In this document: positions 7,950 through 16,735 of the stretch, one piece after another
How positions within the stretch are numbered: position 1 is the stretch's first letter
Layout: each line of letters opens with the position of its first letter
Source: Akkermansiaceae bacterium
GTDB taxonomy: Bacteria > Verrucomicrobiota > Verrucomicrobiia > Verrucomicrobiales > Akkermansiaceae
NCBI GenBank assembly: GCA_017798145.1
Contig: CP059069.1
Span: forward strand, 519,226-543,225
Length of the DNA: 24,000 nt
Reading direction: 5' to 3'
The notes under the pieces: generated by a model
What the model was told of the DNA's origin: nothing
The model's input: the letters and a program-made list of their open reading frames with translations, nothing else
Database searches by the model: none
Position numbers and translations under genes: made by a program

Positions 7950-10900
7950 ATGAAGATACTCCCCGTCGCACCTGTCCTACTCTGTGCAATCATCTCTTTC
8001 CCGCTGTTTCCAACGGGCGCATTAGCTGCCGGAACGACACCTTCATGGCAGGAGATCGGGCCACTGAACATGCCCAGCTTTGAACCGAGCCAAGGGCGGG
8101 TCAATGCGGTTGCCTTTGACCCGGGCAACGCCAATCGCTTTTTCGTTGGAGCGGCCACCGGTGGCGTATGGCGCACCACCGATGGAGGGGCGAACTATAC
8201 GCCAGTCAGTGATAACCTACCCAATCCAGGAGTGAGTTCCCTTGTGGTGGACTACTCAAATGCCAATAGAATCTATCTCGCCACTGGCGACGCGGACGGT
8301 TCCGCTGTTTATAGCATTGGTGTGTGGAAATCGGACGACGGCGGCGGCACATGGGTTGCGACTGGGCTCACCTTTCCCGCCACGGGATTTACCAGAATTT
8401 ATAAACTCATCCAACATCCGACAGCCCCGAATACTCTCTTTGCGGCAACCAGCGCCGGCCTCTATACGACCGCCAATGGCGGCACCACCTGGACCAATTC
8501 GCTAAGCGCTTACAAGCTCTATGACCTCGAATTTAAGCCGGGAACTCCGAGCGTGTTCTACGCCTGTGGCTCCGACGCCGGGGGCGGGAGGTTTCTCCGC
8601 TCTACGGACACGGGAGCCACCTGGAGTGTCATCGCCACTGGTCTGCCTGCCTCAACGGGTGTGGGGCGTTGCGCGATCGCACCTACGTCAGCAGCCCCCG
8701 GCACCATTTATTTCCTGAGTTCCGGGACTTCAAGCTATTATGGCCTATGGCGCTCGCAGGATTCCGGACTTTCCTTCTCTCAGATGTCAGGCAGCGGTGC
8801 TTCCAATGTGTTTTCCGGAGTGTCTTCATACAAATGCACCCTCACTGTCGCGCCCGATGCCGCCGATGAGGTGTATGTGGCGGGTACGACTCCTTTCAAG
8901 TCTGAGGATGGTGGTTCGACTTGGACTGAAATCCGCAATGATGCCGCTTTTGCGATGGTCTGCCATGTTGATTTTCATGCTATGGAATGGCGGGGCGCTG
9001 ATCTCTATGTCGGTACGGATGGAGGGCTGCACAGAACTGCCAATCGAGGGATCAACTGGACCGATCTGAGCGCCCGGCTAGGCATTGCACAAATCTATGC
9101 TTTCGGTCAGACCGAAGCCACCGCAGCTCTCGTCTACACGGGACAGCAAGATGATGGGCTCAACCGCTGGAACGGTTCATCATGGGCGCATGTGCAGGTT
9201 GGCGACTGGGGGCGGAGTGTCATACATCCGTTTCAGGCGTCGATTGGATACGCCTTCGTTCAGTCCAGCCTGAGAAAGACCACCGATGGATGGAGTTCCA
9301 GTCAGGCCCTTACGATCACCTCGACTGAGTCCGGACCATTTGTGAATACCTCACTCGTCATGGATCCGCTTGTGCCTGAGACGCTCTATGCTGGCTTGCA
9401 GAATGTCTGGAAAACCACCGACGAAGGGGTCACCTGGAGCAAGGTCTCCACCTTCGGATCAGGTACGGTGTCCTCTCTTGCCGTGGCGTCTTCCAACCCG
9501 AAATATATTTACGCCAGCACCAGCACGGGTGACCTATGGGTCACACAAAACGGAGGTGTTAGCTGGACGAATACGCGTGCCCACGGACTCCCCTCCTCGG
9601 GAGGGCGTGCACTCAGACAAATCGCCATCAGCCCGGTTGACCCAAGCACAGCATACCTCTCAACCGACGGCTATGGCACAGGGCCGCGCATCTACCGCAC
9701 CACCAGCGCTGGGGGAACCTGGTCTGATTATTCCGGCTCCCTGCCCGCAGTTCCCGTGCGCAGTGTCGCAGCAGCGGATGGTAACAAAGCAGGGGTCTAT
9801 GCCGGCACCAGCCTCGGCGTCTATTACCGGAGTTCGTTACTTTCAGATTGGATTCCCTTCAACACAGGGATGCCAAACACCTTCATCTCCGATCTACAAA
9901 TTCACAGGGGCTCCCAAAAACTACGAGCCGGGACGTATGGTCGCGGTCTTTGGGAGTCGTCGATAGTCGAAGTCCCGCCCATAGTCACAACGGGGAACGT
10001 GATGTCTTTCATTGCTGCCGCATCAGAGAACTGCGATAGCTTGGCGAGCGTGACGGCAAGCGTTTCTGACGGATACAGCGTGGTGGACACGACGATCTTC
10101 GACAGTGCAACTGCCTCCTTCCATCTCGCCCATGCTTCCTACGCCCCGCAGTCGATTGCGTTGAATGCCGAGTATGTGCCGACTGCCACCTCCAACCTGC
10201 AGTTTCGCAGCCGCCTCGGGTTGGCGACCCCAACCCAGATAATTCATGTTCAGGCATCGACTGATGGCGGCGTCTCATGGACGGACATTTATACGCAAAG
10301 CGGCAGCGGGACATCGGGTGAGAGTTCATTCAATACGCGAAACGTATCGCTGGCGGCCTATGAAGGATCGGTCATCAGGTTGCGTTTCACATACAGCGTA
10401 TCCGGCAGCTACTATCCCCAAACCAGCAACGGGATCGGCTGGCATTTTGACTCTGTCAGTTTCACCGATACCTCTCAGATCACCGCAACCAACCCTTCTG
10501 CCACTGTCGTGAACGGTTCCGTCAATCCGAACGGAATGGCATCGACAGCATGGTTTGAATTTGGCACCACAAGATCTTATGACACACGGAGTGCCATACG
10601 GAATATAGGGAGTGCCGCCTCTGCCGCTCCGATCACGGAAACATTAACCGGTTTACTTCCTGACACGACCTACCATTACCGCGTTGTATCCGTTAATCCA
10701 GATGGCACCAGCCAAGGGCAGGACCGGACATTCGTCACGGGTGGCGCAACAGCCTTTTATGTGTGGGCAAGCGCTAATGGGGTATCTAACGATCCAAATG
10801 CAATCGGTGCCAATGGCATCAAGAACCTCCTCAACTTCGCTTTCGGAGTGGATCCGGTGAATGGCGATGGCGGCGGCCTGGAATACACCGGCACCTTTGC

Positions 10901-11174
10901 CGGAGGCGGGACGATCAAGGCTACCGGTCAACCTATAACGCTCTATGCGGGAGCCGACTTCCGCACCATCTTTGTCCGGCGCAAAGACTACAATGTGGCC
11001 GGACTGACTTACACCGTGCAGTTCAGCGCAAATTTGAGCATGTGGGAGGATGGTGGCGTGCCAACCGTGCTTGCAGATAACGGCATCTATGAAATCGTAA
11101 GCATTGGGTATCCGCCGCTCGTCGACGGTCTGCCACCCCACTTTTTCCGACTCAAGGTTAGCGTTACGCCGTGA
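7950..11174 (+). CDS. secreted Asp-box (BNR) repeat beta-propeller protein with C-terminal Ig/FN3-like modules
   Basis: At least 9 SxDxGxTW-type Asp-boxes are present (TTDGGANYT, KSDDGGGTWV, TANGGTTWT, STDTGATWS, SEDGGSTWT, TANRGINWT, TTDEGVTWS, TQNGGVSWT, TSAGGTWS). The in-frame ATG at 7950 gives the signal peptide MKILPVAPVLLCAIISFPLFPTGALAA and is preferred over the track start at 7932. Confidence 0.85.
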   Translation: MKILPVAPVLLCAIISFPLFPTGALAAGTTPSWQEIGPLNMPSFEPSQGRVNAVAFDPGNANRFFVGAATGGVWRTTDGGANYTPVSDNLPNPGVSSLVVDYSNANRIYLATGDADGSAVYSIGVWKSDDGGGTWVATGLTFPATGFTRIYKLIQHPTAPNTLFAATSAGLYTTANGGTTWTNSLSAYKLYDLEFKPGTPSVFYACGSDAGGGRFLRSTDTGATWSVIATGLPASTGVGRCAIAPTSAAPGTIYFLSSGTSSYYGLWRSQDSGLSFSQMSGSGASNVFSGVSSYKCTLTVAPDAADEVYVAGTTPFKSEDGGSTWTEIRNDAAFAMVCHVDFHAMEWRGADLYVGTDGGLHRTANRGINWTDLSARLGIAQIYAFGQTEATAALVYTGQQDDGLNRWNGSSWAHVQVGDWGRSVIHPFQASIGYAFVQSSLRKTTDGWSSSQALTITSTESGPFVNTSLVMDPLVPETLYAGLQNVWKTTDEGVTWSKVSTFGSGTVSSLAVASSNPKYIYASTSTGDLWVTQNGGVSWTNTRAHGLPSSGGRALRQIAISPVDPSTAYLSTDGYGTGPRIYRTTSAGGTWSDYSGSLPAVPVRSVAAADGNKAGVYAGTSLGVYYRSSLLSDWIPFNTGMPNTFISDLQIHRGSQKLRAGTYGRGLWESSIVEVPPIVTTGNVMSFIAAASENCDSLASVTASVSDGYSVVDTTIFDSATASFHLAHASYAPQSIALNAEYVPTATSNLQFRSRLGLATPTQIIHVQASTDGGVSWTDIYTQSGSGTSGESSFNTRNVSLAAYEGSVIRLRFTYSVSGSYYPQTSNGIGWHFDSVSFTDTSQITATNPSATVVNGSVNPNGMASTAWFEFGTTRSYDTRSAIRNIGSAASAAPITETLTGLLPDTTYHYRVVSVNPDGTSQGQDRTFVTGGATAFYVWASANGVSNDPNAIGANGIKNLLNFAFGVDPVNGDGGGLEYTGTFAGGGTIKATGQPITLYAGADFRTIFVRRKDYNVAGLTYTVQFSANLSMWEDGGVPTVLADNGIYEIVSIGYPPLVDGLPPHFFRLKVSVTP

Positions 11175-11492
11175 GAAGGAGGGCTTGAATTTCTTTTGTA
11201 GCAAATACGTATCACCGCACACTTTGGCAATCCCAGCTGGGATCTGAGTGAGACTCTGCCGAGGGAACAAGGGGGATGACCTCGTGTCGGCGAATGGCGT
11301 CGGTGTCGGTCATGGGCAGAAATGATTTGGGTGGGGGTCGTGCTGCGGCAAGCCGGGTGCGAACAATGAGAGAAGCAGGACAGTGGTGCCTGCTTCCAGG
11401 TTCGCCAACGGAATTACGTCCCGCTCCGCGTCATAATGAATTGAAAGGAACCGTGGGTTTCTTCCCTCAACACCAACCCCAATACTGACACT

Positions 11493-12515
11493 ATGAATCC
11501 AACACCACACACCAACCAAACCCTCCTCGAAGGCATCTGCCGACGCGGAGTCCTTGTCGCAACATCCGTCCGTTACTGGCGGGGTTGCAAGCGGCTCAAT
11601 CCCGAAGACCTCGGCCTTGATCCCGCGCACGTTTCCGACCGGCTCATCCAGCTCGGTCACAAACGCCTGATCCCCCGTGATGCGCTCTCGGCCTTCGCCC
11701 TGATCGAGTCCCGGACAAACGCCTCCGTGGAGTCTTCGAGCTTTCCCTTCCTGGGAGGCATCGGACGCTTCGTGCCGAACCCCCGGCTCGGCGACCTCAC
11801 CGACAAGCTCAACCAGCTCCGTGAGGAGTTCCGCGAGGCCACGCTCGACTTCGTCGCAGGTTACGCACCCCTGCGTGATGCCGCGATGGAGGAGTGGCGC
11901 GAAGCCGCCCAGCACCTCAACGGAAGTGCAGAGCGCCTGATCGCAACCATCGAGCAGTCGTTCCCGCCCGCCGGGGAGATCGCCAAGCGCTTCGCCTTCG
12001 AGACACGCTTGTTCCAGATTGCCGCCCCCGACCACATCCGCCTGGAAGTGGCCGACGGCATGGAGCGGCTTGAAGTCGCCGACGACCGCCGCCGCATTGC
12101 GGAGGAGGCATCGCGCCGCCTTCAGTCCGACCTCGACGGCTTCATCCGCGAGAGCGTCGCCTCGATGCGTGAGGAAACCGCCCGGCTCGCCGGAGAGGTT
12201 CTCGCCACCATCGACGGATCGGAGAACGGAGTCCACCAGCGCACGCTGAACAGGCTCACCACGTTCATCGACAGCTTCCGTTCGTTGAACTTCGCCGGAG
12301 ACCAGCAGCTGGAGCAAACGCTCGAACGCTTCCGCCGCGACCTGCTCACCCGCAGCGCGGAGGACTACCGCAACGACAGTGCGGCGATGGGCAGCCTCAC
12401 CCAAGGGCTCGCCCGCCTCCGCGAAAACGCCGTCCAGCTCGCCCGCAGCGACGCCCGCGAACTCGTCTCCCGCTTCGGACAGATGGGATCGCGCAGGCTC
12501 GCAGCGGTGAGCTGA
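11493..12515 (+). CDS. DUF3150-like protein (plasmid/ICE-associated family, function unknown)
   Basis: The N-terminus, VLVATSVRYWRGCKRLNPEDLGLDP...LIQLGHKRLIPRDALSAFALIESR...FPFLGGIGRFVPNPRL...LREEFREATLDFVAGY, matches the DUF3150 pattern as I remember it (W-G-x-K-x-L-x-x-EDLGL ... LG-x-K ... FL-G). It is chosen over the longer antisense ORF on composition and on its CA-rich leader. Confidence 0.65.
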   Translation: MNPTPHTNQTLLEGICRRGVLVATSVRYWRGCKRLNPEDLGLDPAHVSDRLIQLGHKRLIPRDALSAFALIESRTNASVESSSFPFLGGIGRFVPNPRLGDLTDKLNQLREEFREATLDFVAGYAPLRDAAMEEWREAAQHLNGSAERLIATIEQSFPPAGEIAKRFAFETRLFQIAAPDHIRLEVADGMERLEVADDRRRIAEEASRRLQSDLDGFIRESVASMREETARLAGEVLATIDGSENGVHQRTLNRLTTFIDSFRSLNFAGDQQLEQTLERFRRDLLTRSAEDYRNDSAAMGSLTQGLARLRENAVQLARSDARELVSRFGQMGSRRLAAVS

Positions 12516-12608
12516 GACTGGCACCACTACTGGCAGCCCGGTGGAAGTTTGATCTTCCGCCGGGTTGCCTCTACTTTCGATCCAACCCCAACATGGAGAC
12601 CACACCCC

Positions 12609-13178
12609 ATGCCCTACATCCGCAAAACATCCCGCAAACCCGGACGCCACTTCGTCACCCTGGACCGCCTCACAGAGGCCAACTGGCAGGTGACCGTGGA
12701 AATGGACAAGCTCGGTCTCTGGTGCGACGAACTCTATGAGATCGACGTATGGCTCGTGCCCGTTTCCTTCTGCTGCTACGGCTGGTTCCAACCGGAGGGC
12801 GACATCTACATCCCGGCTGTGACCGGAGCCAACCTATCCGATTTCATCACCAGCCATCACACACGCCTTACCGACGTCCTGCGCCACGAGTGGTCGCATG
12901 CGCTGGCCGACCGCCGGCCGGAGCTGGTCGATAGCAAACGCTTCGTCCGCACTTTCGGCGGCGACTACGATTCGCGCCACCCCGTCCGGGATCACGACCC
13001 GGATCACCACCTGACGCCCTATGCCGCCACAAGCCCTTGCGAGGACTTTGCGGAAACCTTCCACTACTACATCCGGCACAAGGGAAGGCTGCCGCTGCGC
13101 CTCGCCAACAAGACTAAGATCGCCCGCAAGTGGGAGTTCATCGAGTGGATGGCGGGTAGGATTTCTAAAGCAATCTGA
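12609..13178 (+). CDS. putative zinc metallopeptidase (HExxH)
   Basis: HEWSH lies at nt 12885-12899, with a downstream SPCEDFAETFHYYI segment typical of small zincin-like peptidases. ATG 12609 (MPYIRKTSRK) is preferred over the track's TTG 12549 because the leader word CAACCCCAACA sits 15 nt upstream, as at other starts. Confidence 0.7.
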   Translation: MPYIRKTSRKPGRHFVTLDRLTEANWQVTVEMDKLGLWCDELYEIDVWLVPVSFCCYGWFQPEGDIYIPAVTGANLSDFITSHHTRLTDVLRHEWSHALADRRPELVDSKRFVRTFGGDYDSRHPVRDHDPDHHLTPYAATSPCEDFAETFHYYIRHKGRLPLRLANKTKIARKWEFIEWMAGRISKAI

Positions 13179-13220
13179 TACTGTTCGCCCCGGCCGACAG
13201 GATCGCCCAAACTCCACATC

Positions 13221-13925
13221 ATGAAATGCCTCACTTGGAACCTCGAATGGACGAACCCGGCCAGCCGCCGGGCAAGTTTGATCAATGAACTCATCTCCGG
13301 GATCGATCCGGACGTCATCTGCTACACGGAGGTCAACAAGGACATGGTGCCAGCAGGGCACATCATCGAGGCCGATGCCGATTATGGCTATCCAATGAAA
13401 CCTGGTCGCAGAAAGGTTCTGCTCTGGAGCAAGTATCCCTGGACGCAACCCGATGCCTACGGGGATGACGAGTTGCCGAGCGGAAGGTTTGCCATGGGCG
13501 TGTGTAGAGGGATCCGCTTCGTCGGAGTCTGCATTCCTTGGCGTGATGCCCATGTGAAGACAGGGCGGCGCGACCGTGCCCCTTGGGAGGATCACATTTC
13601 CTATTGCGCAGGCCTCGGGCGCATCCTCCGGCAGCATGCCGCCGATGCGGAGCCGCTCTGCGTTTTGGGGGACTACAACCAACGAATCCCCAGGGTCAGC
13701 CAGCCGATAAATGTCGCCCAGGCTCTTGCCGAGGAGATTCCGGATGATTTTCGGATAGCTACAGCCGGTGCAACCGACCTCGAAGGCCTGAACCTCATCG
13801 ACCACATCACCGTATCAGCGGGACTTGAAATCTCGGTCACCGGATTTCTGCCGAGAACCTCCGAAGACGGAACCCACCTTTCCGACCATTCGGGAGTCGT
13901 GGCAGAACTCCAAGCCCTCGACTGA
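13221..13925 (+). CDS. endonuclease/exonuclease/phosphatase (EEP) family protein
   Basis: Motifs are in canonical EEP order: MKCLTWNLEW, DVICYTEV, VLGDYNQRI, IDHITVS and LSDHSGVVAEL. Confidence 0.85.
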   Translation: MKCLTWNLEWTNPASRRASLINELISGIDPDVICYTEVNKDMVPAGHIIEADADYGYPMKPGRRKVLLWSKYPWTQPDAYGDDELPSGRFAMGVCRGIRFVGVCIPWRDAHVKTGRRDRAPWEDHISYCAGLGRILRQHAADAEPLCVLGDYNQRIPRVSQPINVAQALAEEIPDDFRIATAGATDLEGLNLIDHITVSAGLEISVTGFLPRTSEDGTHLSDHSGVVAELQALD

Positions 13926-13974
13926 GCCATCGTCCAGCGGATCAAATCCGCGAGCCTCTACGGCCTCATTTCCG

Positions 13975-14007
13975 AGCCCGCCCGGTCACCAACCCGGCGG
14001 GCTTTTT
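13975..14007 (+). terminator. intrinsic terminator after the EEP gene
   Basis: AGCCCGCC(C)GG pairs with CCGGCGGGCT (one bulge), followed by TTTTT. Confidence 0.65.
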
Positions 14008-14030
14008 CGTGCCGTAGTTGCGGCATCTCC

Positions 14031-14180
14031 ATTTCCCCAGCCAGCCCACTACACCTCCCGTCACATTACTCCGCCCCAACCAGCCTGAATTTTAAACCAC
14101 CACCAATCCCACCACCAATCCCACCACCTCCAACGAAACCACCCGACCCAACCCCACTGCCAAAACACAACGACTCATCC
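14031..14180 (+). promoter_or_regulatory. G-depleted, C/A-rich untranslated tract (rut-like leader or ncRNA body)
   Basis: My hand count gives about 11 G in 150 nt. The tract lies between a terminator (13975-14007) and a second terminator-like hairpin (14186-14225). No plausible ORF is present. Confidence 0.35.
14097..14129 (+). repeat. 12-nt tandem repeat CCACCACCAATC, about 2.7 copies
   Basis: CCACCACCAATC occurs at 14097-14108 and 14109-14120, followed by the partial copy CCACCACCT. Confidence 0.8.
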
Positions 14181-14185
14181 GCACG

Positions 14186-14225
14186 AAGGGCGGCTCCATA
14201 CCGGGGCCGCCCTTTGTGCGTTTCC
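14186..14225 (+). terminator. terminator-like / attenuator hairpin in the leader of the DUF1257 operon
   Basis: AAGGGCGGCTCC pairs with GGGGCCGCCCTT (about 12 bp including one G-U), followed by TGTGCGTTTCC. It lies 36 nt upstream of ATG 14261 and downstream of an already complete terminator. Confidence 0.5.
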
Positions 14226-14260
14226 AGCAAAACAACAACCAACCAAATACGAACAACCAC

Positions 14261-14650
14261 ATGTCACACTTCACCACCATCCAGACCCAGATCCGGGATC
14301 TTGAAGCCTTGCGCGACGCATCCGTCGAACTCGGCCTCCAGCTCCTGGCTGATACCCAGTGCCGGGGCTACGCCGGCATTACCCGTCCCGCACCGCACGT
14401 CATCAAGCTCAAGGGCCCGTATGACATCGCTGTCGAGCCGGACAAGGAGAACCCCGGCTGCTACGGCCTCACCACCGACTGGTGGGATGGGCACGTCGCC
14501 AAGGAAGTCGGCACCGGCTACAGCCGCCTGCTGCAATCCTACGGCGTCCACAAGACCATGCGCGAGGCCGCCACACGCGGGCTGCGCCACACCCGCAGGA
14601 TCGAGGCCGACGGCACCGTCCTGCTCACCCTGGAAGGAGGTTCGCTATGA
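14261..14650 (+). CDS. DUF1257 (Ycf35-like) protein
   Basis: MSHFTTIQTQIRDLEALRDASVELGLQL... is the characteristic DUF1257 N-terminus as I remember it. ATG 14261 is preceded by the leader word CAACAACCAAC. The stop overlaps the next ATG. Confidence 0.8.
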   Translation: MSHFTTIQTQIRDLEALRDASVELGLQLLADTQCRGYAGITRPAPHVIKLKGPYDIAVEPDKENPGCYGLTTDWWDGHVAKEVGTGYSRLLQSYGVHKTMREAATRGLRHTRRIEADGTVLLTLEGGSL

Positions 14651-14847
14651 GCCGCAAGATCCTTGTCCGTGTTTCCCCAGCCGGGGAGATCAGCGTCGAG
14701 GCCGAGGGCTTCCAGGGAAAAGGCTGCGAGGCCGCCACCAAGGCGATCGAGGACGCACTCGGGAAACCCCAGGCGCGCACCCGCAAGCCGCAGTTCTGGC
14801 GACCCCAGTTCCTCCGCAACGAACAACAGCTAGGAGGCGAGGGATGA
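14647..14847 (+). CDS. DUF2997-like small protein (66 aa)
   Basis: MSRKILVRVSPAGEISVEAEGFQGKGCEAATKAIEDALGKPQARTRKPQF matches the remembered DUF2997 pattern (beta-hairpin, G-x-G-x-x-C, LG, basic tail). ATGA overlaps occur at both ends (14647-14650 and 14844-14847). Confidence 0.75.
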   Translation: MSRKILVRVSPAGEISVEAEGFQGKGCEAATKAIEDALGKPQARTRKPQFWRPQFLRNEQQLGGEG

Positions 14848-15140
14848 AATCCACCCTCCGCTTCAACCCCGGCGGTCACATCGACTGCCTCTACACCGAA
14901 GCGATCGATCTCCGTGCGCTCGGGCGACTTCATGTCGTCCGGGCCACGGACATCCGTTTCTGTGAAAAGACCCAACTGTGGAAAGTCCGCTGTGCCTCGT
15001 CCGGCCAGCTCCTCCACAGCGATCCCTCCCGCGAGGCATGCCTCGTCTGGGAACATGAAAACCTCGGCCCACCCAATCCGGAACCACCGAGACCCACCGG
15101 CACACTGCCAAACCTCAGACCGGTCACAGGCCGGCTCTGA
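14844..15140 (+). CDS. hypothetical small protein (98 aa)
   Basis: This is the C-terminal 98 codons of track ORF 14214-15140, starting at the ATG that overlaps the DUF2997 stop: MKSTLRFNPGGHIDCLYTEAIDLRALGRLHVVRATDIRF... It is wedged between two recognisable genes of the same operon. Confidence 0.55.
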   Translation: MKSTLRFNPGGHIDCLYTEAIDLRALGRLHVVRATDIRFCEKTQLWKVRCASSGQLLHSDPSREACLVWEHENLGPPNPEPPRPTGTLPNLRPVTGRL

Positions 15141-15163
15141 CAACCAAGAACCAATCCAAACTT

Positions 15164-16690
15164 ATGAACCTCACCACCTACCTCCGCGCCGGATACCCCG
15201 GCCTCGCCATCATCAGTTCCGAGGAAGCTCGTGCCGAAGCGGAAATCGCCAACGCATGCACTTCCCTGAAACGCAAACTCCTCGCCTGGTCCTCCACGGA
15301 GGGTCTTGCCGATGTTAAGGAAGGGCGCGTCACCCCGTGCCCCGACCCACTCGATGCCTTCCAGCTTCTGGACGGCGTCTTCGCCTCGGACAAGCCACGC
15401 CACGTCGTGCTGCTCCGGGATCTCCAACTCCACCTCGACCAGAGCGACCCCATGCTCGTGCGCCGCATCAAGGACGCACTGCGCATCGCCAAGGCCAACG
15501 GCCACACCATCGTCCTGCTCGGCTGCCGTTTGAAACTGCCCGCCGAACTCGAACACGAGATCACCCACGTTGATTTCGACCTGCCCGACCCGGCGGGGCT
15601 TCACACCGTGCTCGATGGCATCATCAAGTCGGCGAAGCTAAAGAATGTCCACGAGGTGATGCGGGAGGCAGCCGTCCAGGCAGCCCTCGGCCTCACCACC
15701 ACGGAAGCGGAGAACGCGTTCGCCCTGTCGGTCATAGAGACCAATGGGATCGACCACCGCATCATCTCCCGTGAAAAGGCGAACACGCTGAAACGAAACG
15801 GCCTCGTCGAGGTCGTCGGGAACGCCACCTCCCTGGAGGACATCGGCGGACTCGGCCTGCTCAAGGAATGGCTGCAACGCCGCTCCGGTGCATTCAGCGA
15901 ATCCGCGAAAGCCTACGGGCTGCCCGCACCGAAAGGATTACTCATCGTCGGCATCCCCGGCACCGGGAAATCGCTCACCGCGAAAGCCACCGCCGGAGCA
16001 TTCGGCCTGCCGTTGCTGCGCCTCGACATGGGGCGTGTGTTCGGTGGCATCGTCGGCCAGTCGGAAGCCAACCTCCGCTCCGTCATCCAGACCGCCGAGG
16101 CCATCGCCCCGTGCGTGCTGTGGATCGATGAAATAGAAAAAGGCTTCTCCGGAAGCTCTTCGAGCGGCAGCACCGATGGCGGCACCTCCTCCCGTGTCTT
16201 CGGCTCGTTTTTGAGTTGGATGCAGGAGAAGACCAAGGCGGTGTTCGTCGTGGCGACGGCGAATGATGTTTCCAAGCTCCCGCCCGAGTTCCTGCGCAAG
16301 GGAAGGTTCGACGAAATGTTCTTCGTAGATTTACCCGACGCCTTCGAGCGTGCGCAGATCTGGGACATCGTCATCGCCCGGCACAAGCGCAAGCCAACCG
16401 ACTTCGACACCGTCGTCCTCGCCCGCGCCTGCGAGCAGTTCACCGGGGCGGAGATCGAGGCCGTGTTCATCGACGCCATGCACGAGGCCTATGCCGAAGG
16501 CGAGGAACCCAAGCCCAAGCACATCCTCGAAGCCATCAACGGCACCGTCCCCCTGGCGCAGCTCATGGACGGCAAGATCGCCGCGTTGAGACATTGGGCG
16601 AAAGGCCGTGCCCGTGAGGCAGCGAGCCGGAGCAACACCACGTCGTCGGCATCCTACCGCCCCAACAGACGGATGTCCGGGATGAACTGA
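15164..16690 (+). CDS. Ycf46-like AAA+ ATPase
   Basis: Walker A is GIPGTGKS (nt 15950-15973; K269 at 15968) and Walker B is CVLWIDEIEKGF. The region GGTSSRVFGSFLSWMQEK...VFVVATANDVSKLPPEFLRKGRFDEMFFVDLP closely follows the Ycf46 family sequence as I remember it. The length (508 aa) and a non-AAA N-terminal domain also fit. Confidence 0.9.
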   Translation: MNLTTYLRAGYPGLAIISSEEARAEAEIANACTSLKRKLLAWSSTEGLADVKEGRVTPCPDPLDAFQLLDGVFASDKPRHVVLLRDLQLHLDQSDPMLVRRIKDALRIAKANGHTIVLLGCRLKLPAELEHEITHVDFDLPDPAGLHTVLDGIIKSAKLKNVHEVMREAAVQAALGLTTTEAENAFALSVIETNGIDHRIISREKANTLKRNGLVEVVGNATSLEDIGGLGLLKEWLQRRSGAFSESAKAYGLPAPKGLLIVGIPGTGKSLTAKATAGAFGLPLLRLDMGRVFGGIVGQSEANLRSVIQTAEAIAPCVLWIDEIEKGFSGSSSSGSTDGGTSSRVFGSFLSWMQEKTKAVFVVATANDVSKLPPEFLRKGRFDEMFFVDLPDAFERAQIWDIVIARHKRKPTDFDTVVLARACEQFTGAEIEAVFIDAMHEAYAEGEEPKPKHILEAINGTVPLAQLMDGKIAALRHWAKGRAREAASRSNTTSSASYRPNRRMSGMN

Positions 16691-16735
16691 CCCGCGCCGT
16701 AGCTGTGGCATCCTGCCGCATGCCCCATAATATCC

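Noticed and set aside
10653-11270. 205-aa minus ORF at the 3' end of the BNR gene; also the 70-aa + ORF at 11276-11488
   Set aside because: The first is antisense to the Asp-box protein. The second is Arg/Gly-rich with no start context. I treat 11175-11492 as non-coding. It contains a perfect 14-bp palindrome, ATCCCAGCTGGGAT (11230-11243), and an 8-bp hairpin (11372-11396), which I consider too weak to call functional.
11310-12791. 493-aa minus-strand ORF, the longest ORF in this region
   Set aside because: It is antisense to the DUF3150-like and peptidase genes. Its composition is Gly/Ala/Val/Glu-rich and repetitive, as expected of a high-GC shadow frame, with no motif I recognise. The + strand products carry recognisable family patterns, leader words and terminators in the + orientation.
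12834-13805. 323-aa minus-strand ORF
   Set aside because: It is antisense to the HExxH peptidase and to the EEP gene, and the EEP gene shows the full ordered EEP motif set. It is a shadow ORF.
14214-14843. N-terminal 210 codons of the 308-aa + ORF (14214-15140)
   Set aside because: This part overlaps the DUF1257 and DUF2997 genes out of frame and is Pro/Ser/Thr/Arg-rich. Only the last 98 codons, from the ATG overlapping the DUF2997 stop, are kept.
14930-15604. 224-aa minus-strand ORF; also 15913-16479 (-) and 16331-16801 (-)
   Set aside because: They are antisense to the well-supported Ycf46-like AAA+ gene. They are shadow ORFs.
14011-16712. 17-nt near-repeat GCCGTAG(T/C)TG(C/T)GGCATC just downstream of two operons (14011-14027 and 16696-16712)
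   Set aside because: It matches at 15 of 17 positions. A rough calculation gives tens of such pairs by chance in 24 kb on two strands, so it is not evidence for att sites or a shared operator.
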